Assembly (NCBI GenBank): GCA_028534125.1 | Contig: CM052820.1 | Coordinates: 66,526,001-66,590,000, forward strand | DNA: 64,000 nucleotides | DNA from: Lama glama | Taxonomy: Eukaryota | Direction: 5' to 3' | Shown: positions 14,301 through 26,390 of the stretch, piece after piece | Numbering within the stretch: position 1 is the first letter of the stretch | Layout of the letters: each line of letters starts with the position of its first letter | Program-made: the position numbers and the translations under genes | Notes under the pieces: model-generated | The model's database searches: none | Told to the model about the DNA's origin: nothing | The model's input: only the letters and a program-made list of their open reading frames with translations

Positions 14301-14689
14301 ATGGCCCAGATAGTTGTGGTGGGGTGATATTTTGAAATGTTAACTCATGCATTTTCTGTATCAGTTCATGGGGCTCTTGGACTTTTCTGATTTAATCAAT
14401 TAACAGCTATGATTTTACCTCTAGGAAGGGATGCCACCACTTAAAGAAAAAAAAAATAATTCAACCAAACAAGTCTTAACTTGGTCCTCAGGCAGAAGCA
14501 GGAGAATAAACTTCAGGTCATAGAAAACGTATTAATTAATGAGTGAGAACCAAGATACCATCCTCTAAGCTGAGAGATACAATTTCTTGGAGGATCTTAA
14601 AGTATACTTTGAAAACAAAGAAAGATTTCCAACTCCTTGCTTCCTCCTCCACCTGGTCAGGCTCCAAATGAGGGGAGAACAGAAATCCC

Positions 14690-15230
14690 AGACAAGGTTG
14701 GGAATCCAGTGTGGAGAGATACGTGCTCCCTCCATGTGGGTCTGAGATGCTGGCCGACTGCAGGCTGCACGGTGAGTTGAAGCAAGTGGACCTGGGTCCG
14801 CGCAGAGAGCCTTTTCATCGCCTGACACAATAGATCCCACGTGCCAAAAACATGGCAAAGGGCCTCTCAAAGCCTCCAATGCCCCCGATGGCCATAGTAC
14901 TAGAAAGCTTTTGCTCAGGGATCCTAGAGGAACTCGGGGAAGGAGGAGGAAAGAGAAAGCCCCAGACCTGACCGGGCTCCGCAGGCAGGACTCAAGCTGC
15001 TCTATGAACTGGGCGGAGAAGCCCAGGACACCAGGCAACTCAGAGGCTCTCCTCCTGGCTGTGACCCTGATCCTCAGGGTCCTAGTCTGAAGCCTTGGCT
15101 CTGTGTACGCCCACTGGCACGTGGACACAATCCAGCTAAAGATTACGTTCCCACCCCTCACAGTTCCTTCTCACCACCCGCCTAGAGTCAGCAGTTGGCA
15201 CTGGGATATGGGCCTTTTTCTTTCCTCGGG
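14690..15230. promoter_or_regulatory. GC-rich, CpG-retaining segment (candidate enhancer or weak CpG island)
   Basis: More than a dozen CpGs in about 500 bp against a CpG-poor background. CACGTG at 14838-14843 and 15118-15123, TACGTG at 14720-14725. Confidence 0.35.
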
Positions 15231-18199
15231 GAACCACCCATTCTAAACTCTCAAGGTTTATCTTCCAACTTTCCTCATGCCCTCAGCCCAAGAAAGTTTT
15301 ATCTAATGAGCAAAAGGACAGCTTGGCTCTTTACTTGTTAGGTAGTTTTCCAAATATTTTGCCCATGCCCTCAGGTCTTCTGCTCTCCCCCAAAGAGCAG
15401 GCTTTTGAAACTCAAAAGCTAAGACTTTACTCATCTTTGCTTTGCATTTTCATGTGTTATCTCTTCCCTGACGCATCTGGAAAGGGCCAAGGGGTACAAA
15501 GAAAAGGGAAAGCATCAGTTAATATTACAAAACTTAACCCCCCCCATAATTATTTATGTACAGTGTAATTGGCCATGAATAAATTGCAGAATTCATGGAG
15601 AGTATAAAATAGGGTGAAGCAAATTCAGTAGATGAACGAATTATAAGAAAATAAAAAAAGAACAGAAAAAGAAAGAAAACAGATTTATGTTCAGATCTAT
15701 GTGTGGGAGAGGTGTATATCTTTTGATATGACACTGAGTAAAGAGAATTGCTAGTATATACCATGATGCTACCTAAGATAGATCTTAGTGTTTGAAGAAA
15801 GACATGAAAAAAATCACAGAAGTACTCTGCTGTGACATCAGATTTATTAACCAAAATAATTCTAGTAAGCAAATAAACTTTTAAGCACTGATATGTAGGA
15901 TGTATTTCAGTTTTTCAAATCACTATAAAAAAAACCCAACATTTTAATTGCATGTAGCAAAATGGCTGAATCACGGAACAGACACTGTCACTTCTAAAAT
16001 CTTCTAAAAACTCCCAGAGAAAAATACCCTTGCTGTCCCAACTCTAACCTTCTCCCAGAGACTGCTCTCCGAAGCTCACGTAGTGTTTTGGTCACAGGGT
16101 GTAGATGAAGAGGTAATGTGAACAGAGCCAACAATGTTTCACTCATTTTCATTTAACCAAATTCACTAGTTTTTAAGGTGGTAACAGAAACAGAAGGTCC
16201 AACAAGAAAACAGCAGAGTCCTGCTAATTGTCCTTTGGTAAACTAACTAACTCATTGAAAATTTGTGTCAATAGATGAGATTTTAAAAGGCAAAATCTTG
16301 ACTATTCTTAGCTGACAAATTCTTTGGAAGCTTCTTAAAGGAATAAGCTGGCAATGCTCTCACATTTCAACTTTAAAATGAAAGGAATCTCTGAACTTTC
16401 CTTCTTTAGCAACAAACTCCCTTAACCCCTTGCCCCACTCCCATAAAGAAAAAAAAAAAAGGATTGGTTAAGATCCTTAGTGTACATACCCCCTAACCCC
16501 CCATCCCCAGCCTGTCTTTGCCTAGATCCAAGTATAACCCGGAATCTGGGTTTATCCTTCATATCTCATTAGTTAAGTTTAATACTTTTGTTTTCCTCTT
16601 TAGTTTAGATTGCATTTTCACATGGTAGAAATGGATAGCTGTGGCTTGGAAATGGGAAACTGGACCAACTATGAACTAGAACAAAGTTGAAGACAATTCT
16701 GACTATTTCAAGGGTATTTTCGGTAATTCCATGCGCTTTCCTGACAATTGGTCATTCTACCCTCACTGAATCCTGTGGTGTAATGTTACACACTCAAAGT
16801 CTATGGTGCAACACAGCACAACTTTGGGGCTGGCAGCAGTGGCTTTTAGTTTTCTTTTTCTTTTCTTTTTTTAATTGAATATATTTTCCCAGTAAGTCTA
16901 AGTATTTAATAGAATCGTAGCTCTGGAGTTGTGAGTTCATTAAGGATATTCGGCGTACTGGTTCTGCAAAGCTTAGCAGCATGTGGCTATTGGATCACAT
17001 GTCCACGTTCGCGCCATGTAAGAAGAAAACATCTCGGAATATAACTATTAGTTGGCTTTGTGGTGTTGGGTTAGTGTGCCAGTCTGAGGTTAGAGCAGAG
17101 ATGGGATCCCAGGCCCTGGGCTTTGTATTATATAGTATTGTATTTTTGATGTTGTACTTAACGGTCAATTACTGTTNNNNNNNNNNNNNNNNNNNNNNNN
17201 NNNNNNNNNNNNNNNNNNNNNNNNNNNNNNNNNNNNNNNNNNNNNNNNNNNNNNNNNNNNNNNNNNNNNNNNNNNNNNNNNNNNNNNNNNNNNNNNNNNN
17301 NNNNNNNNNNNNNNNNNNNNNNNNNNNNNNNNNNNNNNNNNNNNNNNNAATCTAAAAGTTTATTCTATCTTAAAATGCAAAAATGCATGGTTTTTTTTAT
17401 GCATTTTTGTAACAACTTTGATGGTAAAAGAAAGCTAGGAGATATTAAATGAAACTTCAAGGAGGAGAACATTTAGGAAATTATTTATTGTAAAGATTTG
17501 TGGGTAAATGTCACTTAAGTCAATGCTCTTAAACATCAATAAACTAATCAGCCAATACTCCCTGAGCATGGACACTATTTCATGCCACTGTTGTGGCAGG
17601 TACTGTGAGGAATGAAACAGCCCCCTGCCCTCAATGTGCTTGAAATTCTAGTTAGAAAGAAATACAAAGACAGCAATACTAAGTGTAACAGCAACATACA
17701 TGGAAGCAAGTGATAAATCACGTGGCCAAGAATTTAAGAGGCAAAAGCAAAGCCATTTACAGAGCTGCGTGACTTATCAGTTCCCTGAAAAAAGAACAAG
17801 AAATTCCAATGTATGGTAATTGCTCAAATATGGAAATTTACCCATTTAGAGTCATGCAATCTCAACGACTCTTTCCCTGACCATCAGAATAAAAAATCCT
17901 GGCTAAATTGTTTTCTCTGCCATAGTGAAGGTTTCCAAACCTTAAAAGCAAATTCTCCTCTTGCATTAGATTAATGTTAAGCTAAACTTCTTGAAATGGT
18001 CATCTGCACAAGCTGCTTTCATTCTGTCACCCGACTCTCACTCCCCAGTCTACAGCAGCCCGGTGTCCAGCAGGGCTGCACAGCTCCCACTGCTCTTGCC
18101 GAAGCAAGCGATGACCTCCTTGTTGCTGCTGCCGTTCAGAAGCCTTTGCTTTTCTCTTTCCCCTCAATTTATCTCTGTTTAGGAGATGGCCATAGTTTT

Positions 18200-18708
18200 C
18201 TAGCTTTTGTCTCATAATGATCTTTGTCATTTTGTCGTTCTAACCAGCTCCCACTCCGCTCTCCTTGTTATGGGCTCTTTCCCTTTCGGGGAGCACTCCT
18301 TTGGTGTGGAGTTCTGGCGGGAGATAACGGTTGCTTCCCATTAAGGAAGCTGAAAGGACAGAACCTTCTCTTTTCCCCAGCACAGGAAGTAGTGCTGTAA
18401 GCAAGACTCAGCCAATCAGACACTTTCTCCTGGGATGTTAATGCTTGATCATGTCAGGGTTTCATGCTTAGACATGACATTCAGGTACTGGCAGGGACAG
18501 AAGCCCCCACGACTCTTGCCGCATCACACTTGTTATAGTTTCCGCTCTGCAGTCCTCTAGAGCTCTCTTTGTCCATGCCCATTTCCCACACCTAGTTCTC
18601 CACATTCTCCCGTTTCTGTTACCTCCAGATATTCTCCAATAAATTTAAATGTTTCTTAAAGTAGAAAGTTAGCCTCTGTTGCTTATAAGCCAAATGCTAA
18701 GTGATATA
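18200..18708 (+). mobile_element. ERVL LTR, LTR16-like
   Basis: Contains 'gactcagccaatcagac' and AATAAA at about 18638. The 3' end 'ctctgttgcttataagccaaatgctaagtgatata' resembles the LTR16/33 terminus. Confidence 0.6.
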
Positions 18709-18759
18709 ATTTCCAGTTCTTTGGCTCATCTTCTGTACAGCTTTTGCAAGTTCATTTTC

Positions 18760-20040
18760 CACTGTCTATTCCTTCTGTGTTGCAATTCTTCCAGATACTT
18801 TTGAATGTCCTTTCTTATTTCACTCTACATTACCTCCATGGGTTATTTTAACGACCTCCTTGACTTCAACCATTACCCATATTAATGACTTCTAAATCTG
18901 CCTAGTCATTCCAAAGCTCTTCTCCGACATACTTATTTCTTTTTTCATGCCATTTTTTTTTCATTTATGCTATAAGTATTTAGTGAACTTCTACTATGAG
19001 GCAGATAGATGATAGGCAATGGAGGAACAAAGTGATATAGTTTTCCATTTAATAGTGGTTAGTCTAGCGGATTCCATAATCTCGTGAACTCTGTAATTCC
19101 ATAAAACTTTGACTTAATGGATGTCACAGTCTTGGGGAGTATACAGATACCATGTATTATTCAACATCTCCATTTGGATTATCTCAAAAACAGTGAATTC
19201 ATCATCTTTCCTGGACATCTGGACTCAAGTCTTTCTCCTACTGGGCTCTCTATTTCAATGAAAATATTTCACTGCTTATGCCAGGAACCTGAGCATTACA
19301 CTGACTTTTCCTCTTCACTCCATCCCCACTCTGCATCAATCATTAAAGCCTGTTCATTCAACTTTCTCAGTATCTCTAGAATTTGTCCACTGTCTGTCAT
19401 CACTTTTGCTGCTTCTTATCTATATACGCCTCCATTCTTTTCTGTAGAATCAACCCAACACCAGTCTTCTTGGCTTTTGTGTCCAATTTGCTGTCAGAGG
19501 GAACTTAACAAAACTCAAGCCTATTTGTGGCTATATTTTAGTTAAAACCCTTTGAAGACTCTATAATAATCTCAAAATTAAATGTTACCTCTTTTCAAAT
19601 CCCTCACCTCTGCTTGTTACATTTCTAACCCCTCACTCGTTGTCCTACAAACTTCTTACTCTAGCTGCTGAAATTCCCTCACGTCTACAAATGGATTGAT
19701 GGTGCTCTCTCTCAGCTCTCCTTCTAATTGGCATAACTTCCCAGTTCTGTATGAATTCCAACCTGGCCAGTTCCACTCATTGTTTAGGTAATTCCTCTTA
19801 CCCTCTGAAGCCCCACTCTCCCTAAAAGACTAGATGATGTCCCTTTCATGAGTTCTTAAAACATCTTGTGTTGTCCCACATCCAAACATGCATTACTCTG
19901 CATCATTAATTGCCATGTTTTACGGGTAGATTTCACTAGACTGCGGGGCATTACAAGGTAGAAATCATACCTCTTTCTATGTTGCTCTATCTGTAGCACA
20001 CAGAAGATGATTGGCAAGCATCAACTAAACAAATGAATCT
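18760..20040 (+). mobile_element. Fragmented L2
   Basis: L2-like CT-rich body and tail 'ctgtagcacacagaagatg...caactaaacaaatgaat'. A short opposite-strand L2 piece lies at about 18960-19070. Confidence 0.55.
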
Positions 20041-20706
20041 TAACACTTGCATGTCAAAAACCCAGTATCAAACTGTAAAAATACTTTTGCTTTTTTTCCA
20101 GGCTTTAAATACTTTGGATATATTTTCAGATAGTTGTAACTATCTGGAAAATATAGTACTTATGTTTATAAGCCATGCTCTATTGCATCCGTTATCAGAT
20201 AATGAAACAACATGTCCTAGATGTGTCCTCCAGTCATACCTCAGCCATACTACGCAACACACTATCCATACCCTATTTGCTTTGAAATTAATATATTTCT
20301 GAAAATATTTTAGAATCTATTAGGATTAGCTACTTAAGGACTACAGAAATCCAGAGTCCCCGGTACAGAATTCTGTTCCTTATAAGGATCCTAAGAACCT
20401 ATTTTTTCCCATTCCCATTTTCTTAACCTTTTTTTTTCCTTAACCTTCTTCAAAGATGAAGAAATACGGTCTTGGGAAGAGATCTAGGGCGAGAGAATGT
20501 TCTCCTTGGTCACTCAGGTATACATAAAATATCAGTATCATTAAGATCTGAAGAGATCTCCCCTCTAAGGCATAAATCTAGAAGATTTACTTTGAGCTGG
20601 AGAAGAATAATTGGAAGAGAAATTGTATTGAGTACCTAGCATGTGCCAGGTGTTCCAAGACTCACATGGGTATGCAGACAGACATATGGCTTCAACATTT
20701 ATAGAC

Positions 20707-21185
20707 CAGCATTGTGATACATGAGGATACATGAAGGTTCCTAAGACCCTTTCAAGGATTCTGCAGAATCAAAACTATTTGCATAATGATATTTTTTGCC
20801 TTTTTCACTCTCTCTCATGAGTATATAGTAGATTTTTCCAAAGGCTATATAATATTTGATACGACAACCAATTGAATGAAGAAGCGAGTAGGAGAAACCA
20901 GACATTAAAGAGATTTACTGAAACATAAAACAGTGCCACTCTTCTCACTACATGCTTTCTGTTTTGGAAAATATAGTTACTTTTTATGAAAAACATATTT
21001 ATGTTTATGTGGCAGATTTATTATTGTTTTTAAAAATGAATGAATACATACAGATTTTTAAATGTCAGATTACATTTCTATTTGGGTAAACATTGATATA
21101 CATATATACCTCCCTATTATTGAGTGTCTTCAATAATTTCTTAGTATAACAGGGTCATTGAGACCAAAAAGCTTGAGAACCGCTG
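20707..21185 (+). mobile_element. Charlie4a hAT DNA transposon
   Basis: 'aagaccctttcaagg...tcaaaactatttgcataat...ccagacattaaagagattt...gccactcttctcacta...ttttggaaaatatagtta', ending 'gagaccaaaaagcttgagaaccgctg', matches the Charlie4a consensus as recalled. Confidence 0.85.
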
Positions 21186-24100
21186 ACACAAACAGTGGAA
21201 CTGTCATAAGAGGAGGCGTCTAGCAGTCACTGATACCACACTGAACACCACTGGAGCTGAAACAAGTTCAGGTGTGGGTGATGACCAGCCTTGCCATAGT
21301 GCCTCATCCTGCCCCCTGTCAGTCAGTCTTCCAGGACTGCAGTGCCAGGATCAGGAGAGACTCATAACCAGTACATCCATGTAAACGTCAGCTGTAGGCT
21401 TTCAGTAGGTGAGGGCACTCTTTCCAGGACACTGCATTGCCTCTTTTCTCAGATCATCGATTCAAAGAGCGTTGTTATTTGATTCTTATGGAAGTCCACT
21501 TTATTGGACATACCTCTGTAACACATTCAGTTTTGGTTAAAGTCTGCATAAATTCAGGGGAATCTTTTTGAGTGCTTATCTTTCTCCATTGTGTTTGTAG
21601 GTGCCCTGTTTCGGCTAACTCTCAGCACTTGTTTGGGGGTCACAGCAAGAAGGAATGCAATCAACATCTGTCAACTAATCAATTTGATCAATGGTTTACC
21701 TGACTGATCAATTCTTGCCTAAAATCCAGCAGAAAGAATCACTTCATTCTTGGTGGACTAGTCTATCCTCCATATAGCAAATTACTTCTAGGAACAGAAG
21801 TATTCAACTATTCTCTTATTCAATGTAACTCTCTCATATTCTGAAAGAGTGAGTACAAGGTCAACACAAGTGTCCTCAGTGCCTCGGGAGAGGATTTTAG
21901 GGTTTCTCTTTTTAATAGACTTTTGCTAAGAGTAGCAAAGGCACCATAAAAGGAACAGTTAATGAAAATTGTTTTCTTCATCACCAAACAATATAAATAC
22001 TTCAACATGAATGTTCTTTTTTAATGTTTAAAAATTATTCATAAATTCTGTCTTTGCTGGAGTTGGGGGTGGGGATATACAAGAATAATCTTACAAATGA
22101 TTGCAATAGGACACAATAATATAGTAATATTTTAACCCAATTAATACAGGGAACAATTCATAATCCAAAAAAATATGATAAAATTAAGAATGCAGGTTAA
22201 TCCTTAACTTGACCTACATTAAATAATTATCATGTAGAGGTAAAATCATAGATAATTTCAAGGTCTCCAGGAGACTTCAGCTTAAGTAAATGAGATCTTA
22301 GATTTTACACTCTGACATCACTTACTTTTATTTTTCCCTCGGGTACAAACTCATCACGATCCCTTTCCTGTACAATTAGAAAGGTAACAGCCTTACCTAA
22401 CTGGCATTGTCCCTTTTCATTTTGGGGTCTGCAAACACTTGCCACTTACTCTCAGATCATGTTTTTGTGAGAGGCCACAGAGCGACTCTCTTTAAAGCTA
22501 TCAAAGCCTTCCTCATTATCCTTTATGGGCTGTGCAGAAAACATCTCAACTATTAGACATTTAACTGGAGTGCAGTAGAATGGGTTTGCTGGCCCCCTCC
22601 AGTTCCTTGGGTAAAAGCTCTGTTCATAATCAGTTTCTGGGTTTTTAAATGACCCTCAAGAGGTTCCTTCCGGTCCACTTCAGTTCTCTTTTTAGTGTCC
22701 CATTGATTTTCCAGACTTTAGGAATGTGTCCTTAACCGCCTGCTTTTCCAATGGCTCTCTCCACTGAATGCTGAAGGAATACTTTGTTACTTCATACACA
22801 GGGAAGGGAATATCTTGAGAACTAACACACCATTTATAACAGTACAGTTTACAATAGTGTTTCCTGCAGAAAGAAGGTGCCTCTCTCTGAAGAGAAGGAT
22901 GATCTCTGCACCCCATTTAGTTTCCAAACACCCTTGTTTCTTGTCAATAAAAAGGAAGATAGAGTAGACTAGCAGTCACAATACATAAATGATACTATTT
23001 GTCCCCAGAGTACATACCAAATAGTAACTCACTCAAAAAGCTTGCATGAATTATGAATGGTAGGAAGGCTCTGAGAGGGAACTTGGGACAGACCCACTCC
23101 ACATGGCTATTAACGAATGTTTTAAACGCAGGGAAGTGACATGAACTATGTAACGAGATTACAAAGGGATATAATTTACTTTGATTCCCCTCCTGCTCTA
23201 AATCTTGTTTTAAATAATATAGGAACAACCTAGAAGCTGTGAATCTGAAAATATAATATTAATTACATTTTTATATCAAATAAGCTAATCAATATAAAAA
23301 CTGAAAAACCTCATGCGAATGGTAGGATTTTCAAAAAGATGTCCCCTTGCCCCCAAATAATAACAAAAACAAAAAAAAAAAAACAGAAAGAACAACAGAA
23401 AACTTAGGTCTTAAACTATATACACAGAAGTGGAAGACAGAAAGATAAGAAAACTTGGGCATTTATGTAGCGTTTGGAAATGTTATGGCGAGCCCTAAAG
23501 GACTCTGCTTTGACCCGAAAGTCAGGGGCAAAGCCATTATTGTTTCTGTTGCTGAGAAAAAGGGTACTCATGTTGTAATGTAACATATCAATATATCATC
23601 CAGTTCTTTTTTAGACTCTGTAAAAAAAACTGTAGTCATTTTCCAAAGAAAAGTCATAGAATGATCAGATCACAAGCTCTATAAATAAAAATATACCAGA
23701 GACTTTCAGTCTTGTCTCAGAATACAGTATTCATGTGTCCTATTTTCTTATTTTTTCCCTCTAGCATTTTCCTTGAGGTTCTTTTGAACTAAATAATCAG
23801 GAGAAATTGGGAGGGGAAAGCGGGAAAGAACTATTTTCCTCTTGTAGGAAAAAAAAATAGTTTATAGAAGAGTTTTTTACATGCTCACGCACACACACAC
23901 TCACATACCACACAGTGGAGTTGAAACAGAATCATTATCAGGAAGTATGTACTAGGAAAAAGAGAAAAAAATATATAGAGGCAAGGACTCATCTGAATGA
24001 TCCTAGTTAAGGGCCTTACCAAGGAAACAGCTTAAGTTATCTTTGAAAACTGGTGAGTCGCCCTGCTTGGCTGAGTATGAATTGAATGTTCCCAAAGTAA

Positions 24101-25170
24101 CATCTCACAAATAGGGGTGCCCTTCCATTTCACACTGCTCTTTCTCAAAATAGCAACACCATTTAGCAATATTTCATATCAAGACAATTACATTGTAGAA
24201 TTATTATAGTCTTAGTGCTTCATTAAAATTAAAAAAAAAGTTAANNNNNNNNNNNNNNNNNNNNNNNNNNNNNNNNNNNNNNNNNNNNNNNNNNNNNNNN
24301 NNNNNNNNNNNNNNNNNNNNNNNNNNNNNNNNNNNNNNNNNNNNNNNNNNNNNNNNNNNNNNNNNNNNNNNNNNNNNNNNNNNNNNNNNNNNNNNNNNNN
24401 NNNNNNNNNNNNNNNNNNNNNNNNNNNNNNNNNNNNNNNNNNNNNNNNNNNNNNNNNNNNNNNNNNNNNNNNNNNNNNNNNNNNNNNNNNNNNNNNNNNN
24501 NNNNNNNNNNNNNNNNNNNNNNNNNNNNNNNNNNNNNNNNNNNNNNNNNNNNNNNNNNNNAAAAGATCTAGAAAGACACAGGACTGATGATCTCAGACCT
24601 GGAGCAGTTTGGTCTGTTTTTTTCAGGCTAACAGAAATGCCACTAGTAACTGGCCACAGATTTATAAAGCAGAGACTAAATGGAATAGAGAATTTATGTA
24701 CCTAAGCTGGTTTACAGCCCATCTAAAAGACATGAATTAAGTAACAATCAACATTAGAAATGTTCAATGACTCACTAGTGGTTTGCATACTTCTTATAAA
24801 AAGGTCTAATTAAATAAGGGACCATCATACTTCAGAATGTGTCTCTTGCCAAAACCTTAGGTTATCCTAGTCTTATCCATCTGCCAAGATATTTGCAACA
24901 TAGCACTATTTAAATTATGTAAAGGAATACATTTTAACCATTTCAATATCACCTATGTAGATAGCAATTTAATTTAGAAGTTGATACTGAGATACTTCTA
25001 ATTGTACAGGATATACAAAGTTGATATACGTATAAAATACTAAATAGTACAAAGTTATAAAAGATGATGTATAGCATGGTATTCATCATTTTTACCTATA
25101 AATTTACAGTTCACTAAAGTAATAAAAATGCCTGTGAGATCATCTCATATTAGAAAGACTGAAGTACCTA

Positions 25171-25629
25171 CACCATTCTGTTTCTATGAAATTGGCTTCT
25201 TTTTATACTCCACACATAAGTGATAACATACAGTATTTGTCTCTCTCTGTCTGGCTTATTTCACTTAGAATAATGCTCTCCGAATGGTGGTTGCCAGAGG
25301 CTGGGGTGAGGCAGGGAAAACGGGGAGATGTAGGTCAAAGTGCACAACTTTCAGTTATAAGAAGAATAAGTTCTGAGAGTCTAATAAGCAGTATAGTGGC
25401 TATAGTTAATAATATAGTATTGTATACATAACAGTTGCCACGAGTAGATTTAAGCATTCTCATTATGTGCACAAAGAGTAACCGTGTGAGGGGATGGATG
25501 TGTTTGGATGGGTTAATTATCTCGACCTTGGTAATCATTCTACAGTGTGAACCAAATCATATCATCATACACTTAATATATATAGAATTGTATGTTCCAG
25601 TTAGTCCTCAATAAAGTTGGAGAAAATTA

Positions 25630-25684
<55 letters not shown>

Positions 25685-25686
25685 AT
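25171..25686 (+). mobile_element. L1 (L1MA-type 3' end) with 5' inversion and (AAAT)n tail
   Basis: 25171-25281 is antisense L1 3'UTR. 25282-25630 is the immediately downstream L1 sequence in sense orientation, ending AATAAA, followed by an (AAAT)n tail at 25631-25686. Confidence 0.85.
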
Positions 25687-25999
25687 ATTTTTTAGAAGAT
25701 TAAAGTATATGATATGAAGGAATGGAAGTGGAAAAAAAAGCTAAATTAGGAGTAAAAGTACTCAGTAGGAGATAAATCAGACTAGACCAAGGGATTGTGT
25801 ATGGATGTGGAGCAGCAGTATGTCCTGCTTCCACAGAGTCCTCACATTCATATCTTATGGGATTTAGTCTTATTTGCTCTCTCTGGTTTCCAAATGCATA
25901 AAACCTTCTACCTTTTAAATATATTAAAATTTGCAATATACGAAAAATGAATTCTAAGATGAACAAAAAATACTCAATGATTTTACCAACTATAAACAT

Positions 26000-26115
26000 A
26001 CTTGAAAAAGAATATGAAAGGGAGTGTGTATATACACATATAACTGAATCACTATGCTGTACACCAGAAATTAACACAACATGGTAAATCCACTATACTT
26101 CAATTAAAACAAAAC
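26000..26115 (+). mobile_element. Young 5'-truncated L1 3' end (cetartiodactyl/camelid type)
   Basis: 'ataactgaatcactatgctgtacaccagaaattaacacaacatggtaaatccactatacttcaattaaaa'. Confidence 0.85.
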
Positions 26116-26224
26116 ATGAAGAAGATTCATCAGTTTTAATCTTTTGCACGTCACGTAGTTTCTTGTGGCCTCCACTGTGCTCTCTTATGTTTATACCCTC
26201 TCCCATTATTGGCTTATTTTAGAC

Positions 26225-26390
26225 CAACTTGTCTGGACACAAGAATTGCCTGGGGAGTTCATTAAAATGATTCTCAAGACCTTGTTCCAGAGAGTCTGAC
26301 CCAATGAGTCTGGAACAAGGCCCAGGAAACTTTTTTTTTTTTTTTAGTGCTCCAGATAATTTTATGATTAAGTTTGGCAAACTTGGTTCT
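26225..26390. mobile_element. MER5-family hAT element
   Basis: 'agaattgcctggggagttcattaaaat...ggcccaggaa...ctccagataattttatg...agtttggcaaac'. Confidence 0.6.

Noticed and set aside
14565-15161. 198-aa minus-strand ORF
   Set aside because: GTG start, no recognisable domain or splice context, and explained by locally high GC.
21236-21277. Hairpin ccacactgaac / gttcaggtgtgg
   Set aside because: An 11-bp stem with a bulge and a 19-nt loop is too short for a pre-miRNA and has no snoRNA or tRNA motifs.
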